Below, one piece after another: positions 50,711-60,539 of a DNA stretch of 64,000 bases; the first letter of the stretch is position 1; each line of letters begins with the position of its first letter. Origin of the DNA: an uncultured Alphaproteobacteria bacterium (GTDB lineage Bacteria; Pseudomonadota; Alphaproteobacteria; Rhizobiales; Rhodomicrobiaceae). The stretch covers positions 83,551 to 147,550 of the forward strand of contig CAVSIA010000038.1 of the NCBI GenBank assembly GCA_963727575.1, read 5' to 3'. The position numbers and the translations under genes are program-made. The notes under the pieces are model-generated. The model worked only from the letters and a program-made list of their open reading frames with translations. It was not told where the DNA came from and searched no databases.

Positions 50711-51562
50711 ATGGACCAAGACAGACGATGGCAGATCGACGAGCGCGTCGCGGTGATCAGGCACGAGGACGGCGTCGCCGAGGTCCGGCTGCATCGCCCG
50801 GAGAAGATGAACGCGCTGGATTCGGCGATGTTCTCGGCGATCCTGAAGGCCGGCCAGCATCTCCATGGCATTCCGACCGTCAGAGCCGTGGTGCTCTCCG
50901 GCGAAGGCCGGGCGTTCTGCGCGGGACTCGATATGCAGAGCTTTCAGCGCATGGGCGCCGGCGAAGGCGGATCGACGGCGGCGCCAGGCGGGGCGAGCAT
51001 TACCGAGCGCACATACGGGCTCGCCAATGCCGCCCAGCATGTCGCGCTGATCTGGCGCGAGCTGCCGGTGCCGGTGATCGCCGCCGTTCACGGGGTCGCG
51101 TTCGGCGGCGGCCTGCAGATCGCGCTCGGCGCCGACATCCGTTATGTGACCGCCGATACGCAGATGTCGGTGATGGAAATCAAATGGGGCCTCGTCCCCG
51201 ACATGAGCGGCATGCTGACGATGCGCCGCCTGGTCGCTGCCGATGTTGCGCGGGAGCTGGTGTTCTCCGGCCGGATCGTCTCCGGGCAGGATGCCGTGCG
51301 GATCGGGCTGGCGACGCGCGTCTGCCAGGACCCGCTTGCCGAGGCGCTCCAGCTCGCCCGGGAGATTGCCGAGCGCAGTCCCGACGCGGTCCGCGCCGCC
51401 AAGCGCCTGCTCAACCTTGCCGACAGCGCCGATGCGGCCGAGCTGCTGATGGCCGAATCCATCGAGCAGGAGCGGCTGATCGGCAGCGCCAATCAGATGG
51501 AGGCGGTCAAAGCCAATATGGAAAAACGGGCCCCGAAATTCCGCGATCCCGAAAGCGCATGA
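50711..51562 (+). CDS. enoyl-CoA hydratase/isomerase (crotonase) family protein
   Basis: 283 aa crotonase fold (FCAGLDM, GGGLQIALGADIR). Confidence 0.8.
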   Translation: MDQDRRWQIDERVAVIRHEDGVAEVRLHRPEKMNALDSAMFSAILKAGQHLHGIPTVRAVVLSGEGRAFCAGLDMQSFQRMGAGEGGSTAAPGGASITERTYGLANAAQHVALIWRELPVPVIAAVHGVAFGGGLQIALGADIRYVTADTQMSVMEIKWGLVPDMSGMLTMRRLVAADVARELVFSGRIVSGQDAVRIGLATRVCQDPLAEALQLAREIAERSPDAVRAAKRLLNLADSADAAELLMAESIEQERLIGSANQMEAVKANMEKRAPKFRDPESA

Positions 51563-51602
51563 GCGGGACGCAGCCCAATGCATCCAACGATACGAAGAGG
51601 AA

Positions 51603-52784
51603 ATGACCATGGCTGAAGCCTATATCGTCGCCGCCGCAAGGACCGCCGGAGGCCGCAAGGGCGGACGGCTGTCCGGCTGGCATCCGGCCGACCTTGCCGC
51701 CGCGGTTCTCGACGCGCTGGTCGCGCGCTCCGGCGCCGATCCGGAGTTGATCGAGGACGTGATCATGGGCTGCGTCGGCCAGGCTGGCGAGCAATCCAAC
51801 AATATCGCCCGCAACGCGGTCATGGCGTCGAGCCTGCCGGAATCGGTCCCCGGCACCTCCGTCGACCGGCAATGCGGCTCCTCGCAACAGGCGCTGCATT
51901 TCGCGGCGCAGGCGGTGATGTCCGGCGCCATGGATGTCGTGATCGCCTCGGGCGTGGAAAGCATGAGCCGCGTGCCGATGGGCATGCCGGCGATCCTGCC
52001 GCGCAAGAACGGTCTCGGCTTCTATGTCAGCCCACAGATGGAGAAGCGCTATCCGGGCGTCGAATTCAGCCAGTTCATCGGTGCCGAGATGATCGCCAAG
52101 AAATACGATCTGTCGAAGGATGCGCTCGACGAATTTGCGCTCGGCAGCCATCGGCGGGCGATCGCGGCGACCGAGGCCGGGCGGTTCGGGGATGAGATCG
52201 TGCCGGTCGAGGCGCGGCTTTCGGATGGCGAGGCCGGCGGTATGCACACCGTCGACGAAGGCATCCGCTTCGACGCCTCGCTCGACGGTATCCGCAGCGT
52301 CAAGCTGATCCAGGAGGGCGGGCGCGTCACGGCGGCCTCGGCTAGCCAGATCTGCGACGGCGCCTCGGGCGTGCTGGTCGTCAACGAGCGCGGGCTGAAG
52401 GCGCTGGGCGCGAAGCCGATGGCGCGCATCCACCACATGACCGTCATCGGCCACGACCCGGTGATCATGCTGGAGGCGCCGATCCCGGCGACGGAGCGGG
52501 CGCTCAAGAAAGCAGGCATGAAGATCGGCGACATCGATCTGTTCGAGGTCAACGAAGCCTTCGCGCCCGTGCCCCTCGCCTGGCTGCAGGAGACCGGCGC
52601 CGATCCGGACCGCCTCAACGTCAATGGCGGCGCCATCGCGCTCGGCCATCCGCTCGGTGCGTCCGGCACCAAGCTGACCACCACCCTGCTCAACGCCATG
52701 CAGCAGCGCGCCGCGCGCTACGGTCTGCAGACCATGTGCGAAGGCGGCGGGCTCGCCAATGTGACGATCTTCGAGCGGCTTTGA
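51603..52784 (+). CDS. acetyl-CoA C-acyltransferase (thiolase)
   Basis: 393 aa with a Cys active-site region (VDRQCGSSQQA) and a C-terminal CEGGGLANV. Confidence 0.8.
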   Translation: MTMAEAYIVAAARTAGGRKGGRLSGWHPADLAAAVLDALVARSGADPELIEDVIMGCVGQAGEQSNNIARNAVMASSLPESVPGTSVDRQCGSSQQALHFAAQAVMSGAMDVVIASGVESMSRVPMGMPAILPRKNGLGFYVSPQMEKRYPGVEFSQFIGAEMIAKKYDLSKDALDEFALGSHRRAIAATEAGRFGDEIVPVEARLSDGEAGGMHTVDEGIRFDASLDGIRSVKLIQEGGRVTAASASQICDGASGVLVVNERGLKALGAKPMARIHHMTVIGHDPVIMLEAPIPATERALKKAGMKIGDIDLFEVNEAFAPVPLAWLQETGADPDRLNVNGGAIALGHPLGASGTKLTTTLLNAMQQRAARYGLQTMCEGGGLANVTIFERL

Positions 52785-52874
52785 CATGGCGCCAGGAGAG
52801 GCGGAAGCGACGACCGGCTTCGCCTCTCCCCGCGCCACGGACGACATAAAAGCGGATCTTTAGGGAGGCCCCGA

Positions 52875-54512
52875 ATGTTCGGACTGATGCAGGACAGGCC
52901 TTTGATGATTTCGTCGCTGATCGAGCACGCGGCCACCTTCCACCCCGACCGGGAGATCGTCACCCGGACCATCGAAGGCCCGATCCACCGCAGCAACTAT
53001 CGCGAGATTCGCAACCGTTCCAGGCAGGTCGCCAATGCCCTCAAGGCGCTCGGCATCGGCGTCGGCGACCGCATCGGCACGCTGGCCTGGAATACGCACC
53101 GGCACCTGGAGCTCTATTACGGCGTCTCCGGCAGCGGGGCCGTGCTGCACACCATCAACCCGCGGCTGTTCCCGGAGCAGATCGAATACATCATCAACCA
53201 CGCCGAGGACAAAGTCCTGTTCTTCGACATCAGCCTGGCGCCGCTTGTGCAGAAGCTGGCGCCCGCACTGAAAACGGTCACCGCCTATATCGCCATGACC
53301 GACCGGGCGCATATGCCGGCCGCCGATCTGCCGAACCTTCTCTGCTACGAGGACTGGATCGCAGCGCATACGGACGATTACGTTTGGCCGGAATTCGACG
53401 AGCGCACCGCCTCCTCGCTCTGCTACACCTCCGGCACCACCGGCAATCCCAAGGGCGTGCTCTATTCCCACCGCTCCACTGTCCTGCACACGCTGATGGC
53501 CTGCGGGGCCGACGCCTTCGGCATCGACGCCGCGTCCTGCCTGCTGCTGTTCGTGCCGATGTTCCACGCCAATGGCTGGGGCATGCCGTATGTCGCTGCC
53601 GCGGTCGGGGCGAAGCTGGTACTGCCCGGCCACGCGATGGACGGGGCGAGCGTCTGCGAGCTGATACGCAACGAGCAGGTGACCTTCTCGCAAGCCGTGC
53701 CGATCGTCTGGCTGATGCTGTTCCAATATCTGGACGCACATCCCGAGATCGATCTCAAATCTCTCGGCCTACGGAAGATAGGCATGGGCGGCGCCGCACC
53801 GCCGCGCAGCATGATGGAGCGTTTCGAACAGCGCTACGGCCTGGAGGTCATGCAGGGCTGGGGCATGACCGAGACGAGCCCGATCGGGATGATCTCGGTG
53901 CCGCTGCCGAAACATGCCGGGCTATCGCCGGATGCGATGATCGACGTCAAGCAGAAGCAGGGGCGCGGCGTCTGGGGCGTCGAGGTCAAGCTGGTCGACG
54001 ACACCGGCGGCGAGCTGCCGTGGGACGGGAAGACCTCCGGCCACCTGATGGTCCGCGGTCCCTGGATCGCCAGCGGCTATTTCAAGCAGGAAGGCGGGCA
54101 GGTGCTCGACGCCGACGGTTTCTTTCCCACCGGCGACATCGGCACGATCGACGCCGATGGCTATCTGCAACTCGTCGACCGCGCCAAGGACGTGATCAAG
54201 TCCGGCGGCGAATGGATCTCCTCGATCGAGGTGGAAAACGCGGCCATGGCGCATCCGGCCATCGCCGAGGCCGCCGTGATCGGCGTTTCCCATCCGACCT
54301 GGCAGGAGCGGCCGCTGCTGATCGCCGTAAGGCGCGGCGACGCGGACGTATCGCGCGACGAGCTGATCGCGTTCCTGCGCGAGCGGATGGCAAAATGGTG
54401 GCTCCCGGACGACGTGATCTTCGTCGAAGAACTGCCGCGAACGGCAACGGGGAAATTGTCAAAGCTGACGCTGCGCAAACAGTTCAAGGATTACGAGCTG
54501 CCGGCGGCTTGA
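52875..54512 (+). CDS. AMP-dependent acyl-CoA synthetase/ligase (FadD-like)
   Basis: 545 aa; AMP-binding motif YTSGTTGNPKGV, and GWGMTE. Confidence 0.8.
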   Translation: MFGLMQDRPLMISSLIEHAATFHPDREIVTRTIEGPIHRSNYREIRNRSRQVANALKALGIGVGDRIGTLAWNTHRHLELYYGVSGSGAVLHTINPRLFPEQIEYIINHAEDKVLFFDISLAPLVQKLAPALKTVTAYIAMTDRAHMPAADLPNLLCYEDWIAAHTDDYVWPEFDERTASSLCYTSGTTGNPKGVLYSHRSTVLHTLMACGADAFGIDAASCLLLFVPMFHANGWGMPYVAAAVGAKLVLPGHAMDGASVCELIRNEQVTFSQAVPIVWLMLFQYLDAHPEIDLKSLGLRKIGMGGAAPPRSMMERFEQRYGLEVMQGWGMTETSPIGMISVPLPKHAGLSPDAMIDVKQKQGRGVWGVEVKLVDDTGGELPWDGKTSGHLMVRGPWIASGYFKQEGGQVLDADGFFPTGDIGTIDADGYLQLVDRAKDVIKSGGEWISSIEVENAAMAHPAIAEAAVIGVSHPTWQERPLLIAVRRGDADVSRDELIAFLRERMAKWWLPDDVIFVEELPRTATGKLSKLTLRKQFKDYELPAA

Positions 54513-54594
54513 GAATGGGCATCCTGCCGTCGCCTCGATCCTCGCAGACAACCGACATATCAGCATATGTAAGGCGTATAGGGAGGTTTTGCCG

Positions 54595-54864
54595 ATGACG
54601 AAGAAGCAAGCACAGCAATGGAGGCAGCCCGGCGGGCAGATTCCAGCCGAGCACCTGCAATTCCATCGCGGCGGCTCGCTCTGGGCGAAAGGCCAAATTC
54701 TGGATGGCCAGCAGACCGGCTATTGGGAGTGGTTCCGCAAGGACGGGACCAAAATGCGATCAGGCTCGTTCGAGCACGGACAGCAGGTCGGCGAATGGAC
54801 GACCTACGACAAGACCGGCGCCGTGTATAAGGTCACGACTTTTAAACCTCGCAGCGGACGTTAG
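54595..54864 (+). CDS. small MORN-repeat-variant protein (YwqK-like antitoxin family)
   Basis: 89 aa with G-x-W-x-x-[FY]-x-x-x-G repeats (GYWEWFRKDGTKMRSGSFEHGQQVGEWTTYDKTG). GGGAGG RBS. Confidence 0.4.
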   Translation: MTKKQAQQWRQPGGQIPAEHLQFHRGGSLWAKGQILDGQQTGYWEWFRKDGTKMRSGSFEHGQQVGEWTTYDKTGAVYKVTTFKPRSGR

Positions 54865-54876
54865 CGCGACACGATC

Positions 54877-56832
54877 TCAAGCGGCCTTTTGCGATCCGAC
54901 ACCTTTCACGGGCGCGTCGAACTTCAGGCCGGCATAGCCATCCATCACGCGCACGATCTTTGCATTGGTGCGCAAGCCTTTGGGTTCTTCGAGCGTGACG
55001 CTCGCTCCAACGTCGAGCCCTTCGGGCAGATCGATGCGCGCGCCGGTCTCGCTGATGTCGTGCATAACGGACGGGATGTGACGCCCGTCGGCGACGATGT
55101 CGACCGTCTCCTCGGTCCGGACGCGCAGGCTGGTGCGGCGTTCTTTTACGTCGGCGGTCACGTCGTTCAGAAAGACCTCAACGGCGCCGGAGAGATCCAG
55201 GGACACCCGGCGAATATCCTCCGCAACGGCCCGCACGCGCGCCGCCTCTTCCGAGGTGTTGGCGATTTCGGCGGACACGATCTCAACGCCGGCCGTGGCG
55301 TCCTGGGTTCCGCTCGATGCCAGGCGGATCGATTGGGCGATCTCGTTGGTCGCGTGGTCCTGCTCCTCGACCGCCCCCGCGATTGCGGCAGTGAAGCTGC
55401 TTACGTCGCCGATGATTGCAGTGATGGAACGCAGCGACGTTACGGCGCTTTCCGTCGCATTCTGGACGCCGGAAATGAGGGCGGCGATTTCCTCGCTCGC
55501 TTTGCCCGCCTGGTCAGCAAGGGATTTCACCTCCGTGGCAACGACTGCGAAGCCCTTGCCGGCCTCGCCCGCGCGTGCCGCCTCGATGGTGGCGTTCAGC
55601 GCGAGCAGATTGGTCTGTGCGGCGATCGCGGCGATCATCTTGACCGCCTCGCTGATCTTGACGGCGGAGGCGGCGAGCCCGGCCACCTTCGTATCGGTAT
55701 CCGACGCGATTGCGGCGGCGTTGCTGACGACGCCCTCGGTCTTGCTGGCTTGGCCGGCAATTTCGCGAATGGAAGCGGAGAGCTCCTCGGCCGCGGTGGC
55801 GACGGTCCGGACATTGTCGGCGGCAGTGGCAGAGGCCGCCTTCGACTTGCCCGCCTCATTGGTCGCAAGGTCGGCGGTGCTGGTTAGCGCGTCTGCCGTC
55901 GTCTGCATCCGGCTCGTTTCGCGCTCGAACGCGCCGAGCAGATTTGCGATCTGGCTCCTGAAGCTGCCGATCAGCGTCTCGACATGCGACTGGCGCCGCG
56001 CCTCCATTTCGAATTCCCGCCGTGCCGCACTCTGAAGCTTGTTGCGCTCGATCGCGTTGTCGCGAAAGATTTCGACGGCGTGCGCCATGTCGGCGATTTC
56101 GTCCTTGCGCTCACGATATGGGATCTCGCCGGTGAGATCGCCCGCCGCCAGTCGGCGCAAGACTTCGGTCATGGTCTTGATCGGCCGCCCTATACCGAGC
56201 TGCGAAAAGACCATCGCCAGGAGACAGACCAGCAATGTTGCCGACGCCATCCCGATGGTTTCGTTCAGCGTTCTTTGGTAGGCGCCGTCGGCCTCTTCGG
56301 AGGAGCTTTTGATTTCGCCGTCATTCTGTTCGACCAGGGTTTCGACAAGACGCCGGTTCTCAAGAAACAGACCGTTTACCTGTTTCTGAAGTAGTGCCCG
56401 GGCTTCGTCGGCTTTTCCGGCGTTCGATAGGCTCAGGATCTCCGAACGCTGCGCTTTATAGTCAGCGAAGTATTGTTCAATTTTTGCGAAGCGCTCGGCC
56501 TCATCGACATGCTCCGGTTCGATAAGACCCTTGTAGAATTGCGAATTCTTGTCCCAAATCGCTTCAGCCGCCTGGAGTTCGTCTTCCGCCTTGCCGCGAT
56601 CTTCGGCGGTCGACGCCATCACATGCTGGGCCTCCGCCATCTGCATCTCCATCCAGGACATTTGCATGTCCTTCGCGGCGACGACACTGGGCACGAGGTC
56701 TCTGTAAGTGGCTTGCACGGCGACGCCGAGGCCGCTCACGCTCGACAGAGCGAGCCAGCTTTGCGCGCCGACCAGGAAGACAATTGTCAGAAAGATCGCC
56801 AGCAGGGTGGCTCGTATCGACAGTGCAAACAT
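54877..56832 (-). CDS. methyl-accepting chemotaxis protein with C-terminal PilZ domain
   Basis: 651 aa from [15 protein letters not shown]: TM1, periplasmic 4-helix sensor, TM2, HAMP, MCP signalling domain, then a C-terminal RRTSLRVR...D.SETGARI PilZ signature. Confidence 0.8.
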   Translation of the reverse strand: MFALSIRATLLAIFLTIVFLVGAQSWLALSSVSGLGVAVQATYRDLVPSVVAAKDMQMSWMEMQMAEAQHVMASTAEDRGKAEDELQAAEAIWDKNSQFYKGLIEPEHVDEAERFAKIEQYFADYKAQRSEILSLSNAGKADEARALLQKQVNGLFLENRRLVETLVEQNDGEIKSSSEEADGAYQRTLNETIGMASATLLVCLLAMVFSQLGIGRPIKTMTEVLRRLAAGDLTGEIPYRERKDEIADMAHAVEIFRDNAIERNKLQSAARREFEMEARRQSHVETLIGSFRSQIANLLGAFERETSRMQTTADALTSTADLATNEAGKSKAASATAADNVRTVATAAEELSASIREIAGQASKTEGVVSNAAAIASDTDTKVAGLAASAVKISEAVKMIAAIAAQTNLLALNATIEAARAGEAGKGFAVVATEVKSLADQAGKASEEIAALISGVQNATESAVTSLRSITAIIGDVSSFTAAIAGAVEEQDHATNEIAQSIRLASSGTQDATAGVEIVSAEIANTSEEAARVRAVAEDIRRVSLDLSGAVEVFLNDVTADVKERRTSLRVRTEETVDIVADGRHIPSVMHDISETGARIDLPEGLDVGASVTLEEPKGLRTNAKIVRVMDGYAGLKFDAPVKGVGSQKAA

Positions 56833-57160
56833 GGGAAACGTCTCTCGATCCGCAGTTAAGCTATAAGGCGTCCAGCGACGCGCGCCGATCGCAAACGCAA
56901 CCCGGCAATGCGATCCTACAGGCTTACCACCGAATCGTTTATTTGGCGTTTCCTCGGGTTTGCCGGCTGCCCCCACCGGCTCAGGGTTTGTGCAGGGGGC
57001 CGGAACAGGCGCGGCTGGGTGCGGCGCGAAATTGCCGCGCTTCACGAGCGACGACCGGGTTGGCCGCAAACCCGGCCCTCCTCGAACCCATCGAGGCTAT
57101 CAGACGTCCGTGGCCCGGCCGGCCTGCGCGCACAGGCTGACCGGCACGACCGATCGCGCG

Positions 57161-58201
57161 CTAGTTGATGCCGCTTTCCGCCTGAAGTTTTCGGACATAG
57201 GCTACGATCCGGCCAATCTGTTCATCCGTGACGCCCGGAATCGCGGGCATATCGCCGAACGACCAATGGTGGCTTTTCACGCCTTCCTTGACGGCCTGAT
57301 AAAATGCGGCGTCTGCATGGTGGTTCGGTTCGTAAGTCTTGTCGACCAGCGGCGGCCCCTTGTCGCTTCCCGAGGCGTCAGCGCCATGGCACACCGCGCA
57401 GTTCGCGCCGAAAAGCTGTGCGCCGCTCTGACTTTGGTCCGCGATGGCGTTGGAAACGTTGGCTATCGTCAAATCGTTTTTGGGTCCGCGGATTTTGTCG
57501 ATCGTGACACGATGTGCCTCGTATTCCGGTTTGCCGCTGGCAATTTCGGACTCATAGGCGGTTGCAAATTTTGCGCGGATGTCGGACGCCGCCGCATCGT
57601 CACCTGTGCGCTTTGCCACAGTGAGTGCGAGCGCCATCGCCAACAGATGATTGGGCGATGTCTGCTTGAGAACGTCGATCTGCTTGCGCACCTCATCGAG
57701 ATTGCCGACCACCAAATTGATGAGCCCCAGATGGTAATGGGCGTCGGCGTCGAGCTGGGGGACGAGCTGATAGGCTTGCAGAGCCATGGGGGCGAATTGC
57801 TTGGCCTGCGCGGAATCTCCGTTCTCCTCGGCTGTCATGATGCGATTGAACAGGCGATCCGCCGCTTCCCGCGGCGACATGGTCGACAGATCGACAGACT
57901 GCGCGGACTGCCCGGCCTGTGGAGATTGCGGGACCTGTGGGGATGAAGCGGAGCCCCCGGGCTGCGATACGACCGGCGGGGATTTTTGCTCTTTCGTGAA
58001 CAGGCTCAACGCAACGATCCAAGTCCCCGCTGCGACGATCGAGACTGCGCCAATTGCAAACGGCTTCCAGTTCCACCCCGGTCGGTCCAAGCGCCCGCTG
58101 GTGGGCGCGCCGCATTCGTGGCAGAATTTTGCGCCCGGCTGCAGGCTCGCCTGACATGAGGGACATTTCGATTCAGGTGACGGATTGTCTGTGCTTGGCA
58201 T
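57161..58201 (-). CDS. cytochrome c family protein with N-terminal zinc-ribbon and a TM anchor
   Basis: CPSCQASLQPGAKFCHECG zinc ribbon, one TM helix, a TPR-like periplasmic region, and C-terminal CAVCHG heme c site. Confidence 0.6.
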   Translation of the reverse strand: MPSTDNPSPESKCPSCQASLQPGAKFCHECGAPTSGRLDRPGWNWKPFAIGAVSIVAAGTWIVALSLFTKEQKSPPVVSQPGGSASSPQVPQSPQAGQSAQSVDLSTMSPREAADRLFNRIMTAEENGDSAQAKQFAPMALQAYQLVPQLDADAHYHLGLINLVVGNLDEVRKQIDVLKQTSPNHLLAMALALTVAKRTGDDAAASDIRAKFATAYESEIASGKPEYEAHRVTIDKIRGPKNDLTIANVSNAIADQSQSGAQLFGANCAVCHGADASGSDKGPPLVDKTYEPNHHADAAFYQAVKEGVKSHHWSFGDMPAIPGVTDEQIGRIVAYVRKLQAESGIN

Positions 58202-58581
58202 TCGGCTCTGATCTCAGCGGGAATTGCAGCGGAACGTCTGCGGCTCATGCAAAATCCATTGCGACCATAGATTTAAGGCGCGGTCGCGACGGCGCTCCGA
58301 TTTCCCTCTTCCATCATGAAACGGCCTGAGCGGCGGGTTTATTCCCTGCGGCGCCGGGTCAGCGGCCCGCGCCGAGGCGAAGGCAGAAGTTGTCTTGGCA
58401 GCCATTCACGGCATTGCGGAGCCTCAATACTTACGTGCTTCCTGGTCGGAGACAGTCCGGCCGACGAGCCAAGCTTGCCCAATCCCGCCTCCGAAGCGCG
58501 CTCCCGTCTCAAGGCACTTTTTCGCAACGCCGGAGCCTGCTAGTTTACGCGCCGCTGTGCCTTATCCCGAAAGCATCGACC

Positions 58582-59703
58582 ATGTCAGACGCCATTCCCT
58601 TCCTGCCTCTCATCCGATCTCTCCCCGCGACCGTGCCGTTCGTCGGCCCCGAGACGCAGGAGCGCCGGATGGGCCAGCGCTTCCGGGCCCGGATCGGCGC
58701 CAATGAGAGCGTATTCGGCCCGTCACCTGCGGCAATCGAAGCCATGCGCGAGGCCGCGGCGGAGTGCTGGAAATACGGCGATCCGGAGAATTACGAGCTG
58801 AAGGTCGCGCTCGCCGAATTTCACGGCGTCGCGCCCGAAAACATCGTCGTTGCCGAAGGCGCCGATGCGCTGCTCGGCTATCTGGTGCGCATGGTGGTGG
58901 CGGATGGGACACCGGTCGTCACCTCGCTCGGCGGCTATCCGACCTTCAACTATCACGTCGCCGGCTTCGGCGGCCGTTTCGTTCTCGTTCCCTATAGGGA
59001 CGACCGAGAGGACACCGAGGGGCTGATCGCGAAGGCCGTCGAGACGCGCGCGCCGCTGATCTACCTCGCCAATCCCGACAACCCGATGGGAAGCTGGAGC
59101 GACGCGGCCACCGTGCAGCGGATGATCGACGCGGTCCCTGCAGGCTCGATCCTCTGCCTCGACGAGGCCTATATGGACTTCGCGCCGGAAGGCACCGCAC
59201 CCCCGCTCGACGTCACCAACCCGCGCGTGATCCGCTTCCGCACATTCTCGAAAGCCTACGGCATGGCGGGCGCACGGGTCGGCTACGGGATCGCGCATGA
59301 AGAGCTGGCGCTCGCCTTCAACAAGGTCCGCAATCATTTCGGCGTCACGAGCATCGCCCAGGCGGGCGCCCTCGCCGCGCTCCGGGATCAGGACTATATC
59401 GCCAAGGTGCGCGGCTGGGTCGCCGAGGCGCGGGCCGGCATTGCCGAAATCGTGACGGCGAGCGGGCTGAAGGCGCTGCCGAGCGCGACGAATTTCGTCG
59501 CCGTCGATTGCGGCCGCGACGGTGCCTTCGCCCGATGGATGGTGGAAGAGCTCGCCGCGCGCGGAGTGTTCGTGCGCATGGCCTTCGCTGCGCCGCAGAA
59601 CCGGTGCATCCGGATCTCCGCGGGCAAGGCCGACGACCTCGCCGCACTCGCCGATGCGCTTCCGGGCGCGCTCGACGCCGCGCTGGCAAGGCTGAGCACA
59701 TAA
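58582..59703 (+). CDS. PLP-dependent aminotransferase, class I/II (histidinol-phosphate aminotransferase family)
   Basis: 373 aa from the internal Met. Fold-type I with SKAYGMAGARVGY (Lys-PLP region). Confidence 0.75.
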   Translation: MSDAIPFLPLIRSLPATVPFVGPETQERRMGQRFRARIGANESVFGPSPAAIEAMREAAAECWKYGDPENYELKVALAEFHGVAPENIVVAEGADALLGYLVRMVVADGTPVVTSLGGYPTFNYHVAGFGGRFVLVPYRDDREDTEGLIAKAVETRAPLIYLANPDNPMGSWSDAATVQRMIDAVPAGSILCLDEAYMDFAPEGTAPPLDVTNPRVIRFRTFSKAYGMAGARVGYGIAHEELALAFNKVRNHFGVTSIAQAGALAALRDQDYIAKVRGWVAEARAGIAEIVTASGLKALPSATNFVAVDCGRDGAFARWMVEELAARGVFVRMAFAAPQNRCIRISAGKADDLAALADALPGALDAALARLST

Positions 59704-59796
59704 AAAAAATCCGCCAGCTGTGTGGCGCCGCCGCCCGTCCTGAGGGAGCCTCGCCCGCATGGTCGGGCGAGATAAGCTGATGTGGAGGGAATGATC

Positions 59797-60465
59797 ATGA
59801 GAAAGAGACTTGCAGCCTTCGCGTTCGTCGCCATCGCCGCCGGGGGCACCGCGCTCTATGCCGACGATAGGAAGCCGGTCGCCACCGAAGCACCGGCCGG
59901 CAGCTACACGCTCGATAAGGCGCATTCGAGCCTGATCTTCCGCGTCAACCATCTCGGCTTTTCCCACTTTACGGCGCGGTTCAAACGCTGGGACGCGACC
60001 CTGGCATTCGATCCCACCGATCCCGCGTCGATGAGCGTCACGGCCACCATCGAGCCGCTGTCGCTCGAAACCGACTATCCCGATCCCAAGTTCGACTTCA
60101 ACGCCATGCTCACCGGCGCCGAATGGCTGAACGCCGCCGCCTTCCCCAAGATGACGTTCACATCCACCAAGGTCGAGATGACGGGTGCCGACACCGCGAA
60201 GCTGACCGGCGAGATGGGCCTGCACGGCATCACGCATCCGGTCACGCTTGACGTCAAATTCAACGGCGGCTATGCCGGCCATCCGCTGGACCCGCACGGG
60301 CGCATCGGCTTTTCCGCCCACGGGTCGCTCAACCGCTCCGATTTCGGCATCGCCTTCGGCGTTCCCGCGCCAGGCACGACGATGGGCGTCAGCGATGAGG
60401 TCGAGATCATCATCGAAACAGAGTTCAACGGACCGCCGCTCAAGGGTGCGAAGGTAACGCAGTAA
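59797..60465 (+). CDS. YceI-family periplasmic protein
   Basis: Signal peptide plus YceI lipocalin-like fold. GGAGGGA RBS 7 nt upstream of the third candidate start. Confidence 0.7.
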   Translation: MRKRLAAFAFVAIAAGGTALYADDRKPVATEAPAGSYTLDKAHSSLIFRVNHLGFSHFTARFKRWDATLAFDPTDPASMSVTATIEPLSLETDYPDPKFDFNAMLTGAEWLNAAAFPKMTFTSTKVEMTGADTAKLTGEMGLHGITHPVTLDVKFNGGYAGHPLDPHGRIGFSAHGSLNRSDFGIAFGVPAPGTTMGVSDEVEIIIETEFNGPPLKGAKVTQ

Positions 60466-60539
60466 GGCCACCGAAACACCGAAGCCAAAGAAAAAGGGCG
60501 GGGGTGATCCCGCCCTCTTCTCGTTCCGTAAGCCCGAAA

